A DNA stretch of 64,000 bases from a virus (IMGVR_UViG_3300049182_000044:32001-96000); one strand, 5' to 3'; positions 39,200 through 48,409 are shown, counted from the stretch's first letter. Made by a program: numbers and translations. The notes: generated by a model not told the origin, from the letters alone.

Positions 39200-39826
39200 A
39201 TGAGTGACGAGGGCGAAATCCTAATCAAGGGCTTCTCCAAGGAACGTGCAAAGTTGATGTTGGCGCGTGGCGTTCCAGGACAAGACATGATTCCAAAGAA
39301 GGCAAAGATCGACGTTACAGAAGCGTTGGTCAAGATGGACCCAAACATCCCAAGAGTCTTGCCGAAAGGTATTTCGACAGGCAAGCAACTTCGTGCATTG
39401 ACGCACATTCTGGAAAATCCACTACGCGGTTCATACACCGTGGGTATCGGCAGCTTCCCAAGTGATCTCCGTGCGAAGTACATGGCACAGACAATCATGG
39501 ACGCAGCAATAGACGCCTACAACACGCATCGACGCCCTGGACGTTCATTGCCTTTATGGCATCGAGTGTACGGTGGACTCACTGATAACTTGCGAGACAA
39601 GCCGATTCAGGAGATGCCCTGTATGCTTATCCTGAGCAATGTCAACGAGGGTTCCTCCAATTTCAAGCTCGAAAAGGTGCGTGATCTCCTTGAGAAATTT
39701 TCGGAGATTCCTCGAATCGTTATCACGGGTGGTGAACCTCCTTGTGATTTGTTCGCAAACAAGCTGTACTATCCAATGCGCTACGGTATCTATTTAGGGC
39801 CGTCGAACGCAATTCGGGAGGTATGA
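39200..39826 (+). CDS. Hypothetical protein, possibly degenerate P-loop/helicase-loader-like
   Basis: 208 aa; MLILSNV and RIVIT strands weakly recall DnaC/IstB but no intact Walker A. Confidence 0.6.
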   Translation: MSDEGEILIKGFSKERAKLMLARGVPGQDMIPKKAKIDVTEALVKMDPNIPRVLPKGISTGKQLRALTHILENPLRGSYTVGIGSFPSDLRAKYMAQTIMDAAIDAYNTHRRPGRSLPLWHRVYGGLTDNLRDKPIQEMPCMLILSNVNEGSSNFKLEKVRDLLEKFSEIPRIVITGGEPPCDLFANKLYYPMRYGIYLGPSNAIREV

Positions 39827-40185
39827 TGAAGCTCATTCATGCGGCAAAGAATCTCGTCGAGCCAAAGTTCTTGGAAATTGAAGGCTACCAGCCAGGATGG
39901 TTTGGCAAGCTGTTAAAATTCCCGAAGCGCCGACACATAGTAGTGCCAAATCCTGTGTATGAGCTTTCACAGCGTGAGCGGTACGTGACTGCCACTATCG
40001 ACTTTGAGCTTTCTCCTGCAGCTATCGGACAAGTGCACTATCAGCCGGTTGCTTTCGGCTCCCACTTGTATGAAGGTGTCATGCCTGTCTCGCACGTATG
40101 CGATAATATCTGGGAATGTTCAGTCAATAAGGTGACGCATATTCAGCTCGCCCCTAAGTACAAACCAATCCCGGAGATGCGATGA
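39823..40185 (+). CDS. Hypothetical protein
   Basis: 120 aa, GGAGG RBS. Confidence 0.65.
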   Translation: MMKLIHAAKNLVEPKFLEIEGYQPGWFGKLLKFPKRRHIVVPNPVYELSQRERYVTATIDFELSPAAIGQVHYQPVAFGSHLYEGVMPVSHVCDNIWECSVNKVTHIQLAPKYKPIPEMR

Positions 40186-40469
40186 TTCGTTACATTCGAC
40201 GCCTTATCAAACGGCACAAGCGTTGGAAGGCCAGACGGCACGAACAGGCTAAGGCAGAGCAGCACCGCAAAGGGTATGACTATGCTGCTGGAGCACTGTT
40301 ACGTGGTGATCGGACTCCTATTCAACTGCAATACGAGTATGATACGAGCACTACGTTCAATGAGTCTGAAACGGCAAAAGCCTTCGACAACGGGATGCTG
40401 CAAGCTGTAGACAAGCTCTGCGCATTGGGCTTCGTAGAAGATGACCGCGTTCCTTACTTCTTAGGGTGA
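40182..40469 (+). CDS. Hypothetical protein
   Basis: 95 aa, ATGA overlap. Confidence 0.6.
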   Translation: MIRYIRRLIKRHKRWKARRHEQAKAEQHRKGYDYAAGALLRGDRTPIQLQYEYDTSTTFNESETAKAFDNGMLQAVDKLCALGFVEDDRVPYFLG

Positions 40470-40472
40470 CAG

Positions 40473-40745
40473 ATGAAGAACACACTCAAATTTTGGCTCG
40501 GATGCACACTCGAGGCATGGTGGTGGCTGTTTCAATGTTTCGTGTTCACACTCGCTCTACTACTGTACTTCGTTGTGGCGCGTTCGTTCCACGTAAAGTT
40601 GATAAGCAACGGCATCGGTTGGCCCCTATACGCGGCTCCAATGCTGTGTTTGAATGTCGTACTACTTTACTTGCTGGTTCCCTGGGATATGCTGTTCCCC
40701 GTAGAGCTATCTGAAGAAGATCAAGCCAAATTCGATAGGCTATAA
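40473..40745 (+). CDS. Small membrane protein
   Basis: 90 aa with two hydrophobic helices. Confidence 0.6.
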   Translation: MKNTLKFWLGCTLEAWWWLFQCFVFTLALLLYFVVARSFHVKLISNGIGWPLYAAPMLCLNVVLLYLLVPWDMLFPVELSEEDQAKFDRL

Positions 40746-40747
40746 CC

Positions 40748-41104
40748 ATGACTACAATGCATCGGAGAAAAGAAATGCACCAGCACGAACATGCAAAGAA
40801 GCAAGCACATCCCATCAGGCCTGTTGGCCTGATTCGTCGCCTTCGCCTCGGTGACACGCCTCAAACGGTCGAACAGATTGAGGCCGAAGCGATGGACAAC
40901 GAATGCCCGTCGATGCCGCACTATCACAAGAACGAAGACGGTGTGATCGTACAGTGCTATCACAAGTGCGCTAAGGGCGTTCGCACTACGCTCGGCAGTC
41001 CAGCATTCTGGATCGGCGTCACGCTCACATATCCGATTGAACATCTGTTATGGGAGAAAGTGTGGGGCTTCCGGCACATCGCCGAGTGGTTGGGCATGCA
41101 TTGA
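40748..41104 (+). CDS. Hypothetical protein
   Basis: 118 aa ORF. Confidence 0.6.
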   Translation: MTTMHRRKEMHQHEHAKKQAHPIRPVGLIRRLRLGDTPQTVEQIEAEAMDNECPSMPHYHKNEDGVIVQCYHKCAKGVRTTLGSPAFWIGVTLTYPIEHLLWEKVWGFRHIAEWLGMH

Positions 41105-41105
41105 T

Positions 41106-41393
41106 ATGGCACTCAAACGTTATGAAGAGAAGGGCAACAAGTTCATCGTTCGTTACTCCGCCACGAAGGCCGGTATCATCGAACTCACTGGATGGCTTGA
41201 CCCTAAAGTGACTCCGCCTACACGCAACGGCTGGTACAACACCAAGACGCCCGAGGGACTCGAACACGGCGATCGACATTATTGGGAAGACGGCGAGTTT
41301 TGGGAGTTCGGTCAAGTGGCTGGAGGTATTTTGAAAGTGCGTCGCTCTGTTGCAGTAAACGCTTATCAAGGATTGCAAGAAAAATGTCAGTAA
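41106..41393 (+). CDS. Hypothetical protein
   Basis: Start MALKRYEE; 95 aa. Confidence 0.6.
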   Translation: MALKRYEEKGNKFIVRYSATKAGIIELTGWLDPKVTPPTRNGWYNTKTPEGLEHGDRHYWEDGEFWEFGQVAGGILKVRRSVAVNAYQGLQEKCQ

Positions 41394-41776
41394 CCATAAA
41401 AGAAATTGATCTGTCGGAGCGTGTCGTAGGCTCTTCTACAGTAGCTGCCATCCTTCCTCCAATGTCGAACGACTGGGGCGAGCGTGAGCCGACCCGTGTT
41501 AAGCGCATCGCCAAGCTGTACACTCTCGCTGAGTATGCTGAGAACTTCACGCTCGAAGAGATTCCACGCAAGTTCAAGCATCGTACCCGGCGCAAAGCCA
41601 AGTGGTTCTTCGGCAAACGTATTCACCTAGTCGGCAGCGCAAAGCAAATGCGGTGCGTGTTCGGCAAACCCAGCCCGAGTTCGTTTGGTGCCACAGCGGA
41701 TGCCCTGTGTCAAGCGCCGGGCAACACAGTCATGGTCGTGCGTGTTCCTGCTGAGGAGAATGGGAATGCAGATTGA
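41384..41776 (+). CDS. Hypothetical protein
   Basis: Start MSVTIKE; 130 aa. Confidence 0.6.
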   Translation: MSVTIKEIDLSERVVGSSTVAAILPPMSNDWGEREPTRVKRIAKLYTLAEYAENFTLEEIPRKFKHRTRRKAKWFFGKRIHLVGSAKQMRCVFGKPSPSSFGATADALCQAPGNTVMVVRVPAEENGNAD

Positions 41777-42032
41777 TTTCGAGAAGCTGAAAAGCATCGC
41801 AATCGTTCACCGCGGTCTACGTCTCGATGATGGTAATCAGTGGGTCGAAATCGCAGCCTCCAATAAGCAACTGGGTAAGCTCGCTGCTGCACACGGGCGT
41901 ATGACTGCAAAAGGCGCACCGCCTGAAGCTAAGACTGAATTTCAGCAGCTGCTGACCAATATCGTCGTGAAATTTAACGGCACAGTGCCAGATTGGTTAC
42001 AACAAAATGTTCAACGTCCCCAAGCTGCGTGA
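41766..42032 (+). CDS. Hypothetical protein
   Basis: Start MQIDFEKL after GAGGAG; 88 aa. Confidence 0.6.
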   Translation: MQIDFEKLKSIAIVHRGLRLDDGNQWVEIAASNKQLGKLAAAHGRMTAKGAPPEAKTEFQQLLTNIVVKFNGTVPDWLQQNVQRPQAA

Positions 42033-42573
42033 GCGCAGTGGCCGTTATCACATAACGGAATCGAAGTTCGAGAACACGGACTACTGCCTTCACTTCCTGA
42101 AGAATCATGGTCCTGACATTCAGTGCGTGAATGTTTCAGATGTCCCGGATTGCTACGAGTACAAGCTGCCTTTCAGGGATACGCTTCATGTTAGCCCACA
42201 AGCTTACGTAGATCATTTAGAGAAGTTCTTCACGTACCTGTGCCTCGAGACTTACGCTATGGCGGTCGTCAACTGCGCAGGCAATCCTCTAGATGGTGTG
42301 ACTCGCCTAGTGTTCAAGGACATGATGGAGAAACGCCTGCAAGCGCATGTGCGTCTGCAGGACAATAGCCGTGCGTTCCTCCTCAATCGCTTTGAAGTCG
42401 TGTGCGACGAACGTAACAATCCGGTCAACGTGATCGACAACAATGACATAGTGATATCCATAATGTACTTCCCATTCCTTGGTGTGGGTGGATATATTCT
42501 GACAATCGCTAAACATCGAGAATCTCTGATTGGAGAGAAACATGACGCAGCTGAACTTCATTCGGTCGTATAA
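42007..42573 (+). CDS. Protein with tail-sheath C-terminal-domain-like segment
   Basis: FEVVCDERNNPVNVIDNNDIVISIMYFP resembles the myovirus sheath F.V.CDe.NNt...Id.n.l...I...P motif. Confidence 0.55.
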   Translation: MFNVPKLRERSGRYHITESKFENTDYCLHFLKNHGPDIQCVNVSDVPDCYEYKLPFRDTLHVSPQAYVDHLEKFFTYLCLETYAMAVVNCAGNPLDGVTRLVFKDMMEKRLQAHVRLQDNSRAFLLNRFEVVCDERNNPVNVIDNNDIVISIMYFPFLGVGGYILTIAKHRESLIGEKHDAAELHSVV

Positions 42574-43312
42574 CGGCCTCGATATTCCCAAAGAGGGTCC
42601 GTACAGCGACGAAACGCTCTATCAGATCGATATGCAGATGCGTTGCAAGATGGTCGATGACGCAATGGGCTACTACAGGACGCCTGGACGTTTCTATCAT
42701 GCTCAGCCGCATCCAATCCGCATGTTGAACAACCATGTTGACTACTGGCACTCTCATCCGACCGATGCACTCTTCCTTTCTATCTTGATGCACGACGCGG
42801 TGTACGTACCCGGTCAATCGCCTGCCTCGGAAGAGATGAGTATGCATCTCGTACCTGTCATGTACCACCGTGTTGTGGGTACCCGCATTCCAATCGAACT
42901 GTGCGACAATGTGTTCTTGTACATTCGCTGGACAATGCCGAAGTACCATGTGCGTCACAACACCATGCTCGACCCAGAAGGCCCAATCGCTCGACTACTT
43001 GATCTCGACCTAGCTGGAATGAGCGACGATTGGAATGACTTCATCGAAACGCAGCAGAAGATCGAGCGAGAGTTTGCACATCTAGGTGCATCGGATAAAC
43101 TGAAGATCGACGCTGCGAACTTCTTACACAGCTTCGTGCGTAAGGGCTATGTGTACTATACCCAGGCATTTCGCCCCGACAACGAGAAAGCCCTGCGCAA
43201 TTTGAAAGCGTTAGTTCAGGCTGTACTCGTTCACCGTGAATTTTCATGGGGCTGGCTGGCCGCTAAGAATCCAGACGTACTCGAACAGGAATACGGAAAC
43301 TCGAATCTGTAA
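42542..43312 (+). CDS. HD-superfamily metal-dependent phosphohydrolase (COG4339-like)
   Basis: RFYH...H, ILMHDAVY, LLDLDLAGM..DW..F...Q.KI.REF. Confidence 0.75.
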   Translation: MTQLNFIRSYNGLDIPKEGPYSDETLYQIDMQMRCKMVDDAMGYYRTPGRFYHAQPHPIRMLNNHVDYWHSHPTDALFLSILMHDAVYVPGQSPASEEMSMHLVPVMYHRVVGTRIPIELCDNVFLYIRWTMPKYHVRHNTMLDPEGPIARLLDLDLAGMSDDWNDFIETQQKIEREFAHLGASDKLKIDAANFLHSFVRKGYVYYTQAFRPDNEKALRNLKALVQAVLVHREFSWGWLAAKNPDVLEQEYGNSNL

Positions 43313-43343
43313 AGAACAGGCATTATTGAACAGGGAGAACATA

Positions 43344-43514
43344 ATGTTTTCTAAGCAGCGACTCCAATATCATCAGACGGTGCTGAACGAAATCGAACAG
43401 ATGCGTGTGGATGCAGTATCTCGCGCAAACGCAATGAAGTCGCAGAAGTCCAACAAGGACAACAACTGGGCGCGCAACAAAGTTGCCTCACTTATCACTG
43501 CTGTGAAGTCATAG
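43344..43514 (+). CDS. Small hypothetical protein
   Basis: GGGAG RBS; 56 aa. Confidence 0.55.
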   Translation: MFSKQRLQYHQTVLNEIEQMRVDAVSRANAMKSQKSNKDNNWARNKVASLITAVKS

Positions 43515-43516
43515 TC

Positions 43517-43747
43517 ATGGCAGAAGTCGAACGTGAAGTCCGGACCTTCCATGTTGAACGCCAGTGCGATGTAGGTGCCTGTTCAGGAGTCATGCGCAAG
43601 GATCGCGATCAAACTACCCAGCTTAAGAAGTGGAGCGAAGGCGGATATGTCGGTGAACCTCTGCGAGTACATACGTGCAATGCATGTGGTGCGAAAGCTG
43701 AGTACGACGTTGATTATCCGAAATTGGTCTATAGATTTACCACGTAA
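43517..43747 (+). CDS. Small zinc-ribbon protein
   Basis: CDVGAC and HTCNAC; 76 aa. Confidence 0.6.
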   Translation: MAEVEREVRTFHVERQCDVGACSGVMRKDRDQTTQLKKWSEGGYVGEPLRVHTCNACGAKAEYDVDYPKLVYRFTT

Positions 43748-43752
43748 CGGTT

Positions 43753-43929
43753 ACGTTGATGCAGCCCGCGAGGGTTGATCGCCTGAGTAATAGTTCTTCA
43801 AGCGTAGAAAAAGAACTTGCTTCCTTTATCTTGTGGTGCCACGAACCCCTCAGATAGAGTGTATGTCATTGACGGCCGGCCTTACATTCTAGACGCCGGT
43901 ACACTTACGCAGACGGGTTGTATCAGCGT
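43753..43929 (+). ncRNA. Putative structured ncRNA (~177 nt)
   Basis: 15-bp closing stem acgttgatgcagccc / gggttgtatcagcgt; internal ctgag/ctcag, agttctt/aagaact, agtgta/tacact; intergenic. Confidence 0.55.
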
Positions 43930-43947
43930 ATTCATTAAGGAAAGAAC

Positions 43948-44154
43948 ATGGTCACAAAAGCAATCGCCTACATCGACAAGATCGCGCCTGAACATGAAAG
44001 AATTAGCTGCTCGGAACTGAATGGCGATAAAAGCGCACCGAACGCACGCTACAAGGCGGATGACTTCGGCGGTTGTTATCGCTGCACGTTGATGCAGGTG
44101 CACAATCTTGCAATGTCCGGAGAAGAGGCGGAAGATGACGACGATGACACTTGA
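43948..44154 (+). CDS. Small Cys-containing protein
   Basis: 68 aa, AAGGA RBS. Confidence 0.6.
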   Translation: MVTKAIAYIDKIAPEHERISCSELNGDKSAPNARYKADDFGGCYRCTLMQVHNLAMSGEEAEDDDDDT

Positions 44155-44326
44155 AGCAGCACTGGTGGTTCTTGACCAGGACAACACCTCAGCCTACATT
44201 TGCCGCGAACAGGACAACACTCCCACGGTGTTCGGCACTGGTGAAACGGCCTGCGTTGCTATTGACGGCAACTTCAACATCGCACAACTGAAAGCGTTAA
44301 TCACCGTGATCGAAAGCACTCAATGA
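44135..44326 (+). CDS. Small hypothetical protein
   Basis: 63 aa; start could be 44144. Confidence 0.55.
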   Translation: MTTMTLEAALVVLDQDNTSAYICREQDNTPTVFGTGETACVAIDGNFNIAQLKALITVIESTQ

Positions 44327-44562
44327 GCAGCGAGGACCTGGAGAAGGCAATGCAGGAGCTAGGTGACGCGCAGAAGGAAGGCGTCAACCTTATACTGGAT
44401 AGTATTCGACGCCGTGCGTTGTATCCTACATTGGCCTCTATGGAACCGCGCACTCGCGAGATAATGCTGAAGTACGCAAGCATCCCGATAAATGAGACGA
44501 ATCAGGAGATCGAACACCTACTTCGTCACATTGACATGCTGAAGAAAGAAATTCGCAAATGA
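44323..44562 (+). CDS. Small hypothetical protein
   Basis: 79 aa, ATGA overlap. Confidence 0.6.
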   Translation: MSSEDLEKAMQELGDAQKEGVNLILDSIRRRALYPTLASMEPRTREIMLKYASIPINETNQEIEHLLRHIDMLKKEIRK

Positions 44563-45248
44563 AAGAATTTTCAAACACCGGAGTGTATTTGTCGTCTGGT
44601 TCCGCGTGTGCGAAGGCACTAGCAGAAGGCAACGTGAAACTTGCAAGCCAAATCTTCAGTCAGACTAGCGTAGACTTCAAAAAGCTGATTCCTAGCCGTT
44701 ATGATCGCGCATGGCTCATGGCGAAATCGAAGGGTGAAGATCCTCCTGCATCTCCACCGCCATTGGTGCTAGGCAGTTTGCGTGCTGACGTTGAACAGCT
44801 TCGCCTTCTCGCGTATATGCTGTACTGCAATCGAGTACCGTATGACTGCTGGCTGCCGTTACCTCCTCCGCCGCAGACCGACGCATTCATCGAGCCTGGA
44901 TCAGACGCAGAGAAAGCTGAAATCGCTCAGCTCTTGTATCAGATTCGCGAGCACTATTGCCTCATGGCTTTCAAACTCGCCGACGATCAATCTACCAACG
45001 CTGAACGCGAGCGTGTACGTCAACACACGGTCTTCAAACAGCTTCACTGGTATATGCCGGAACATACCTGGAAGGACGTTGTGAAGATGAAGGTGCCTGA
45101 GGGCATGGATCATCAAGACTACATCTTCTTGATTAAGAATTGTGAGGGGCACACTTCGCAAGATCGAAAACACCTCATGTTCGTAGGCCACGAGAACATG
45201 AAACGCTTTGAGCAGTACTTCACCAACAAACAAAGGGGAAACGCATGA
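44559..45248 (+). CDS. Hypothetical protein
   Basis: 229 aa, ATGA overlap. Confidence 0.7.
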   Translation: MKEFSNTGVYLSSGSACAKALAEGNVKLASQIFSQTSVDFKKLIPSRYDRAWLMAKSKGEDPPASPPPLVLGSLRADVEQLRLLAYMLYCNRVPYDCWLPLPPPPQTDAFIEPGSDAEKAEIAQLLYQIREHYCLMAFKLADDQSTNAERERVRQHTVFKQLHWYMPEHTWKDVVKMKVPEGMDHQDYIFLIKNCEGHTSQDRKHLMFVGHENMKRFEQYFTNKQRGNA

Positions 45249-45529
45249 ACACCGCAACTCAAGAAGCACAAGATAGCACCAACGGCACTATCACCCATCG
45301 CGTCAAGCGCGTGATCGCGCAACAGCTGGGTGTATCTGAACTGGATGTGAAGCCAGACAGCAACTTCGTCAATGACCTCGGCGCTGACAGCCTCGACGGC
45401 GTTGAACTGCTGATGGCCATCGAAGACGAGTTCGAGTTCGAGATCAGCGACGAAGACGGCGAACAGTTGACTACGCCGCAAGCCTACATCGACTTCATCG
45501 CCAAGAACAAGCCAGAACTCGCTAAATAA
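45245..45529 (+). CDS. acpP: Acyl carrier protein
   Basis: [12 protein letters not shown]...[34 protein letters not shown] with the phosphopantetheine Ser. Confidence 0.92.
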   Translation: MNTATQEAQDSTNGTITHRVKRVIAQQLGVSELDVKPDSNFVNDLGADSLDGVELLMAIEDEFEFEISDEDGEQLTTPQAYIDFIAKNKPELAK

Positions 45530-45555
45530 ACAGCAACCACAACAACAAGGGGAAT

Positions 45556-45864
45556 ATGATGGAAACGACGAACAACACGGAAGTGTTTGACATAAATTCA
45601 CCGCAGTACGATCCGAATATGCTGCTCGACGGCATTCTCGAACAGTTGAATCTGAAGAACGATGCTGTGCTGTCCCGCGCCCTTGAGGTAGCCCCTCCGG
45701 TGTTGAGCAAGATTCGTCACCGTCGTATCCCCGTCGGCCCGATGATGCTGATCCGTATGCACGAACTCACCGGGTCGTCGATTCAGGAATTGCGTTCGCG
45801 CATGGGTGATCGCCGTGAGAAGTTCTCGCTGCTTGGCCTGGCAACTGACAAACGAGCCAAGTAA
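45556..45864 (+). CDS. XRE-like helix-turn-helix protein of a family recalled from Oxalobacteraceae
   Basis: YDPNMLLD...LNLKNDAVLSRALEVAPPVLSKIRHRRIPVG..MLIRMHELTG.SI.ELR..MGDRR. Confidence 0.7.
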   Translation: MMETTNNTEVFDINSPQYDPNMLLDGILEQLNLKNDAVLSRALEVAPPVLSKIRHRRIPVGPMMLIRMHELTGSSIQELRSRMGDRREKFSLLGLATDKRAK

Positions 45865-45865
45865 C

Positions 45866-46144
45866 ATGCTTTCGGTGCACCTGAAACGATTTTATCGGTT
45901 CATCCTTAAAGAGACCGAGGACACAACTTCTCATGTCAATTCGGCTTGCACGGCCATCTGTGAGCCGAAGTGGCTGGCGGTCGATAAGAATGGCAAGTGC
46001 TATGCCTTCTCAGTCAAGCCTATTCTCGAAGGTAATTTCTGGATGAACCAGGACAAGAACAAAGTTTTCGTGATGACGATGCCTCAGGGTACCGATTACG
46101 ATTACTCCCAATCACTTCACGAAATAGGAAGAAGAATAGCGTGA
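45866..46144 (+). CDS. Hypothetical protein
   Basis: 92 aa; WLAVDKNG..YAFS.KP phage-type motif. Confidence 0.6.
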   Translation: MLSVHLKRFYRFILKETEDTTSHVNSACTAICEPKWLAVDKNGKCYAFSVKPILEGNFWMNQDKNKVFVMTMPQGTDYDYSQSLHEIGRRIA

Positions 46145-46596
46145 CGCTCCTCGAACAAATCAAAGCAGATCAACTGCAGGCGCGCAAAGACCGGCTGACG
46201 TTGAAAGCAACCCTGCTCACCACGTTGATCGGTGAAGCGGTAATGAAAGGCAAAAACGACGGCAACCGTGAATCGACGGATGACGAAGTGGTCGAGGTCG
46301 TCAAGAAGTTCATCAAGAACATCAACGATACGATCAAGTTTCTGACTGAAGGCGGCGCCACAGAAACTGACGAACGGCTCATTACTGTAAAGAACGAGCG
46401 TCAGATACTCGAAGCGTACCTGCCACAGCAGTTGACAGAAGACCAAATCGTCGGCTTCCTGAAAGCTTCGGGTCTGCAAACGGCTGGTATCAACAAAGGC
46501 ATTTGCATGAAGTACCTGAAAGAGAACTTCGCCGGTCGTTATGACGGCAAGGTCGCCTCTGCAGCCGTTGACCGTTTCATCAGTACCGGTCAGTAA
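46141..46596 (+). CDS. GatB/YqeY-domain protein
   Basis: LLEQIKAD...ARK...TDDEV..VVKK...E..ILEAYLPQQLTEDQI...MKYLK....GRYDGK. Confidence 0.85.
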   Translation: MTLLEQIKADQLQARKDRLTLKATLLTTLIGEAVMKGKNDGNRESTDDEVVEVVKKFIKNINDTIKFLTEGGATETDERLITVKNERQILEAYLPQQLTEDQIVGFLKASGLQTAGINKGICMKYLKENFAGRYDGKVASAAVDRFISTGQ

Positions 46597-46645
46597 CTGT
46601 AAAGCAGTATTCGTAGCAAACGTTCCAACTAACAAGAACAAGGAG

Positions 46646-46816
46646 ATGCTCGGATTACTTTCATATCTGGGTGATTTCTTTAGGAGCGGATGGTTTTGTC
46701 GTATTGAGTTGTCCGAACCGCTTCAGCGGCCTAGGAACGAGAGCGCGCCTAGCAGCGCAATTAGACCCAAACGCCTAAATCGTGAAGCCACGTCCACGTG
46801 TTACAGGGATACGTAA
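46646..46816 (+). CDS. Possible small protein (or part of an RNA element)
   Basis: AAGGAG RBS, 56 aa; region also has hairpins. Confidence 0.3.
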   Translation: MLGLLSYLGDFFRSGWFCRIELSEPLQRPRNESAPSSAIRPKRLNREATSTCYRDT

Positions 46817-47105
46817 GGACACCTAAAACGGGAATTACCCATCCCATTACAATTTGCCGAAACACCCAAGACACAATGTCTTATTAGAGTGAAGCAGTCA
46901 ACATGCACGACGCCATAAGCAAAGCTTTCACCTAGCTTTTGGGCTTGCAGGACGAGTGAGGTACTCCTTTGAAATAGCTATTGATTATAGCCGTAAGCCG
47001 GGGCCACACATACGCCAGTCAACGATGCCGTCTTCGCGGGATGGGTCGGGGGAGTCGATTCCTGAGTGGGCGGTTTATGGATGTAATCAACAAGAAAAGA
47101 CAATC

Positions 47106-47708
47106 ATGCTTAAATGGCTAGATAAGATCCTTGGACGGAATAACGAGGAAGGTTCACTGAAAAGTATCACGTTCGATCCAGTTGAATTGATTCAGTTCCG
47201 CGTTGATCGTCGTGTGTTGACAGGCGATCCTGAAGTGACAGTCTACGTCCCGCAATATCGTACTAGGGTCTTTTACGAGTCTAACACACGCCTCAAGGTA
47301 GCCGAAGGTGGATACTTCAGGCGTGCGGTGTTGACCTCTCAACCACCTGAAAACAAGTGGACACCTTGGCAGGACTTCCAAGCGACAGATGATTGCGGTT
47401 GCCCGCTGCATTTCTCGCTCACTGCATACAGTGCAACGCGCACGGTGAAGACCGAAAACTGTAAAAACGTGGTACAGGCGTTGCGGCCAATTCGCATCAT
47501 CGAAACAGAAGGTTCGATGGGTATGGATAAGAACACCTGGGTCGGGAACATCTTGCGCAACGAAACACGTAAGGTGTACTGCGGCAGCGGTGACGGCGTG
47601 GAAGAAGAGTTCTATGTCGTGCGTACCCTTGGTGGCATGAAAGAGATGTGGGTGGCTGTCTCCGCTACTACTCGCGCCGAAGACGGTGTGATCGAGTATC
47701 GGTATTAG
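47106..47708 (+). CDS. Hypothetical protein
   Basis: Start MLKWLDK preferred over 46956; 200 aa. Confidence 0.65.
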   Translation: MLKWLDKILGRNNEEGSLKSITFDPVELIQFRVDRRVLTGDPEVTVYVPQYRTRVFYESNTRLKVAEGGYFRRAVLTSQPPENKWTPWQDFQATDDCGCPLHFSLTAYSATRTVKTENCKNVVQALRPIRIIETEGSMGMDKNTWVGNILRNETRKVYCGSGDGVEEEFYVVRTLGGMKEMWVAVSATTRAEDGVIEYRY

Positions 47709-47747
47709 TTCTGTAAATCGTAATTAGGTAGTTCATTTTAGTACCGT

Positions 47748-47823
47748 GGGGCGTTAACTCAGTTGGTAGAGTAGCGGACTCTTAATCCGTTTGTCGTAAG
47801 TTCGATCCTTACACGCCCTACCA
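47748..47823 (+). tRNA. tRNA-Lys(CTT)
   Basis: 76-nt cloverleaf, gcgga-ct-CTT-aa-tccgt, TTCGATC loop, encoded CCA. Confidence 0.95.
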
Positions 47824-47881
47824 AAGTTTCCATAGTAGTGCAGATGCGCGAAAGCGAGTTCTTACTTCTGCATTACTCACC

Positions 47882-47957
47882 GGGTCGTTAGCTCAGTCGG
47901 TAGAGCAGCGGACTTTTAATCCGTTGGTCGCGTGTTCGAGTCACGCACGGCCTACCA
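47882..47957 (+). tRNA. tRNA-Lys(TTT)
   Basis: 76-nt cloverleaf, gcgga-ct-TTT-aa-tccgt, encoded CCA. Confidence 0.95.
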
Positions 47958-47979
47958 AGTTTGTCGTAGTAAAGAGTTG

Positions 47980-48101
47980 TAACTGCCATGTGGGTGGGTA
48001 CCTGCATGTTGTCGTAAGAATGGCCAAAAAGCCGGACCTCAATTTGTGCGAGTCGAAAGGCTCTCACCAGTGTAGACAGTCCTTACAGGGGATCGCAGTT
48101 A
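47980..48101 (+). ncRNA. Structured inter-tRNA element
   Basis: taactgc/gcagtta closing stem; gagtc-GAAA-ggctc hairpin at 48050-48063. Confidence 0.35.
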
Positions 48102-48111
48102 GCTGTTACGT

Positions 48112-48187
48112 GGGGCGTTAGCTCAGTTGGGAGAGCAGCGAACTTTTAATCCGTTGGTCGCTGGTTCAAACCCAGCACGCCCTACCA
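48112..48187 (+). tRNA. tRNA-Lys(TTT), variant with A30.C40 anticodon-stem mismatch
   Basis: 76-nt cloverleaf, gcgaa-ct-TTT-aa-tccgt, TTCAAAC loop, encoded CCA. Confidence 0.9.
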
Positions 48188-48205
48188 AATTTTAGAAAGT
48201 GCGTT

Positions 48206-48409
48206 ATGTCCAATGAGTACAAGATTGCAACCTACAGCTTCGCTGTAGCAGAAGCAGTACGCGTGGTCTTCAATCACGAAAAGATTCCGTTTGAAAGCGC
48301 AGTCGGTGCGGGTTCGGTGATCGTCATCCTTGTACCCATGGAGCATAAGGCTACCGCACAGAACGTGCTACGTCAATGGAAGTCCGCCATAGCGCAGATT
48401 CAGATTTAA
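48206..48409 (+). CDS. Small hypothetical protein
   Basis: 67 aa within RNA island. Confidence 0.6.
   Translation: MSNEYKIATYSFAVAEAVRVVFNHEKIPFESAVGAGSVIVILVPMEHKATAQNVLRQWKSAIAQIQI

Noticed and set aside
46600-47100. Additional ncRNA upstream of 47106
   Set aside because: Hairpins present (e.g. ccgtaagcc/ggtttatgg) but short and overlapping a possible small ORF; insufficient support
47824-47881. Theta/HDV-like ribozyme after a tRNA 3' end
   Set aside because: Simple stem with GAAA hairpin; no nested double pseudoknot found by eye
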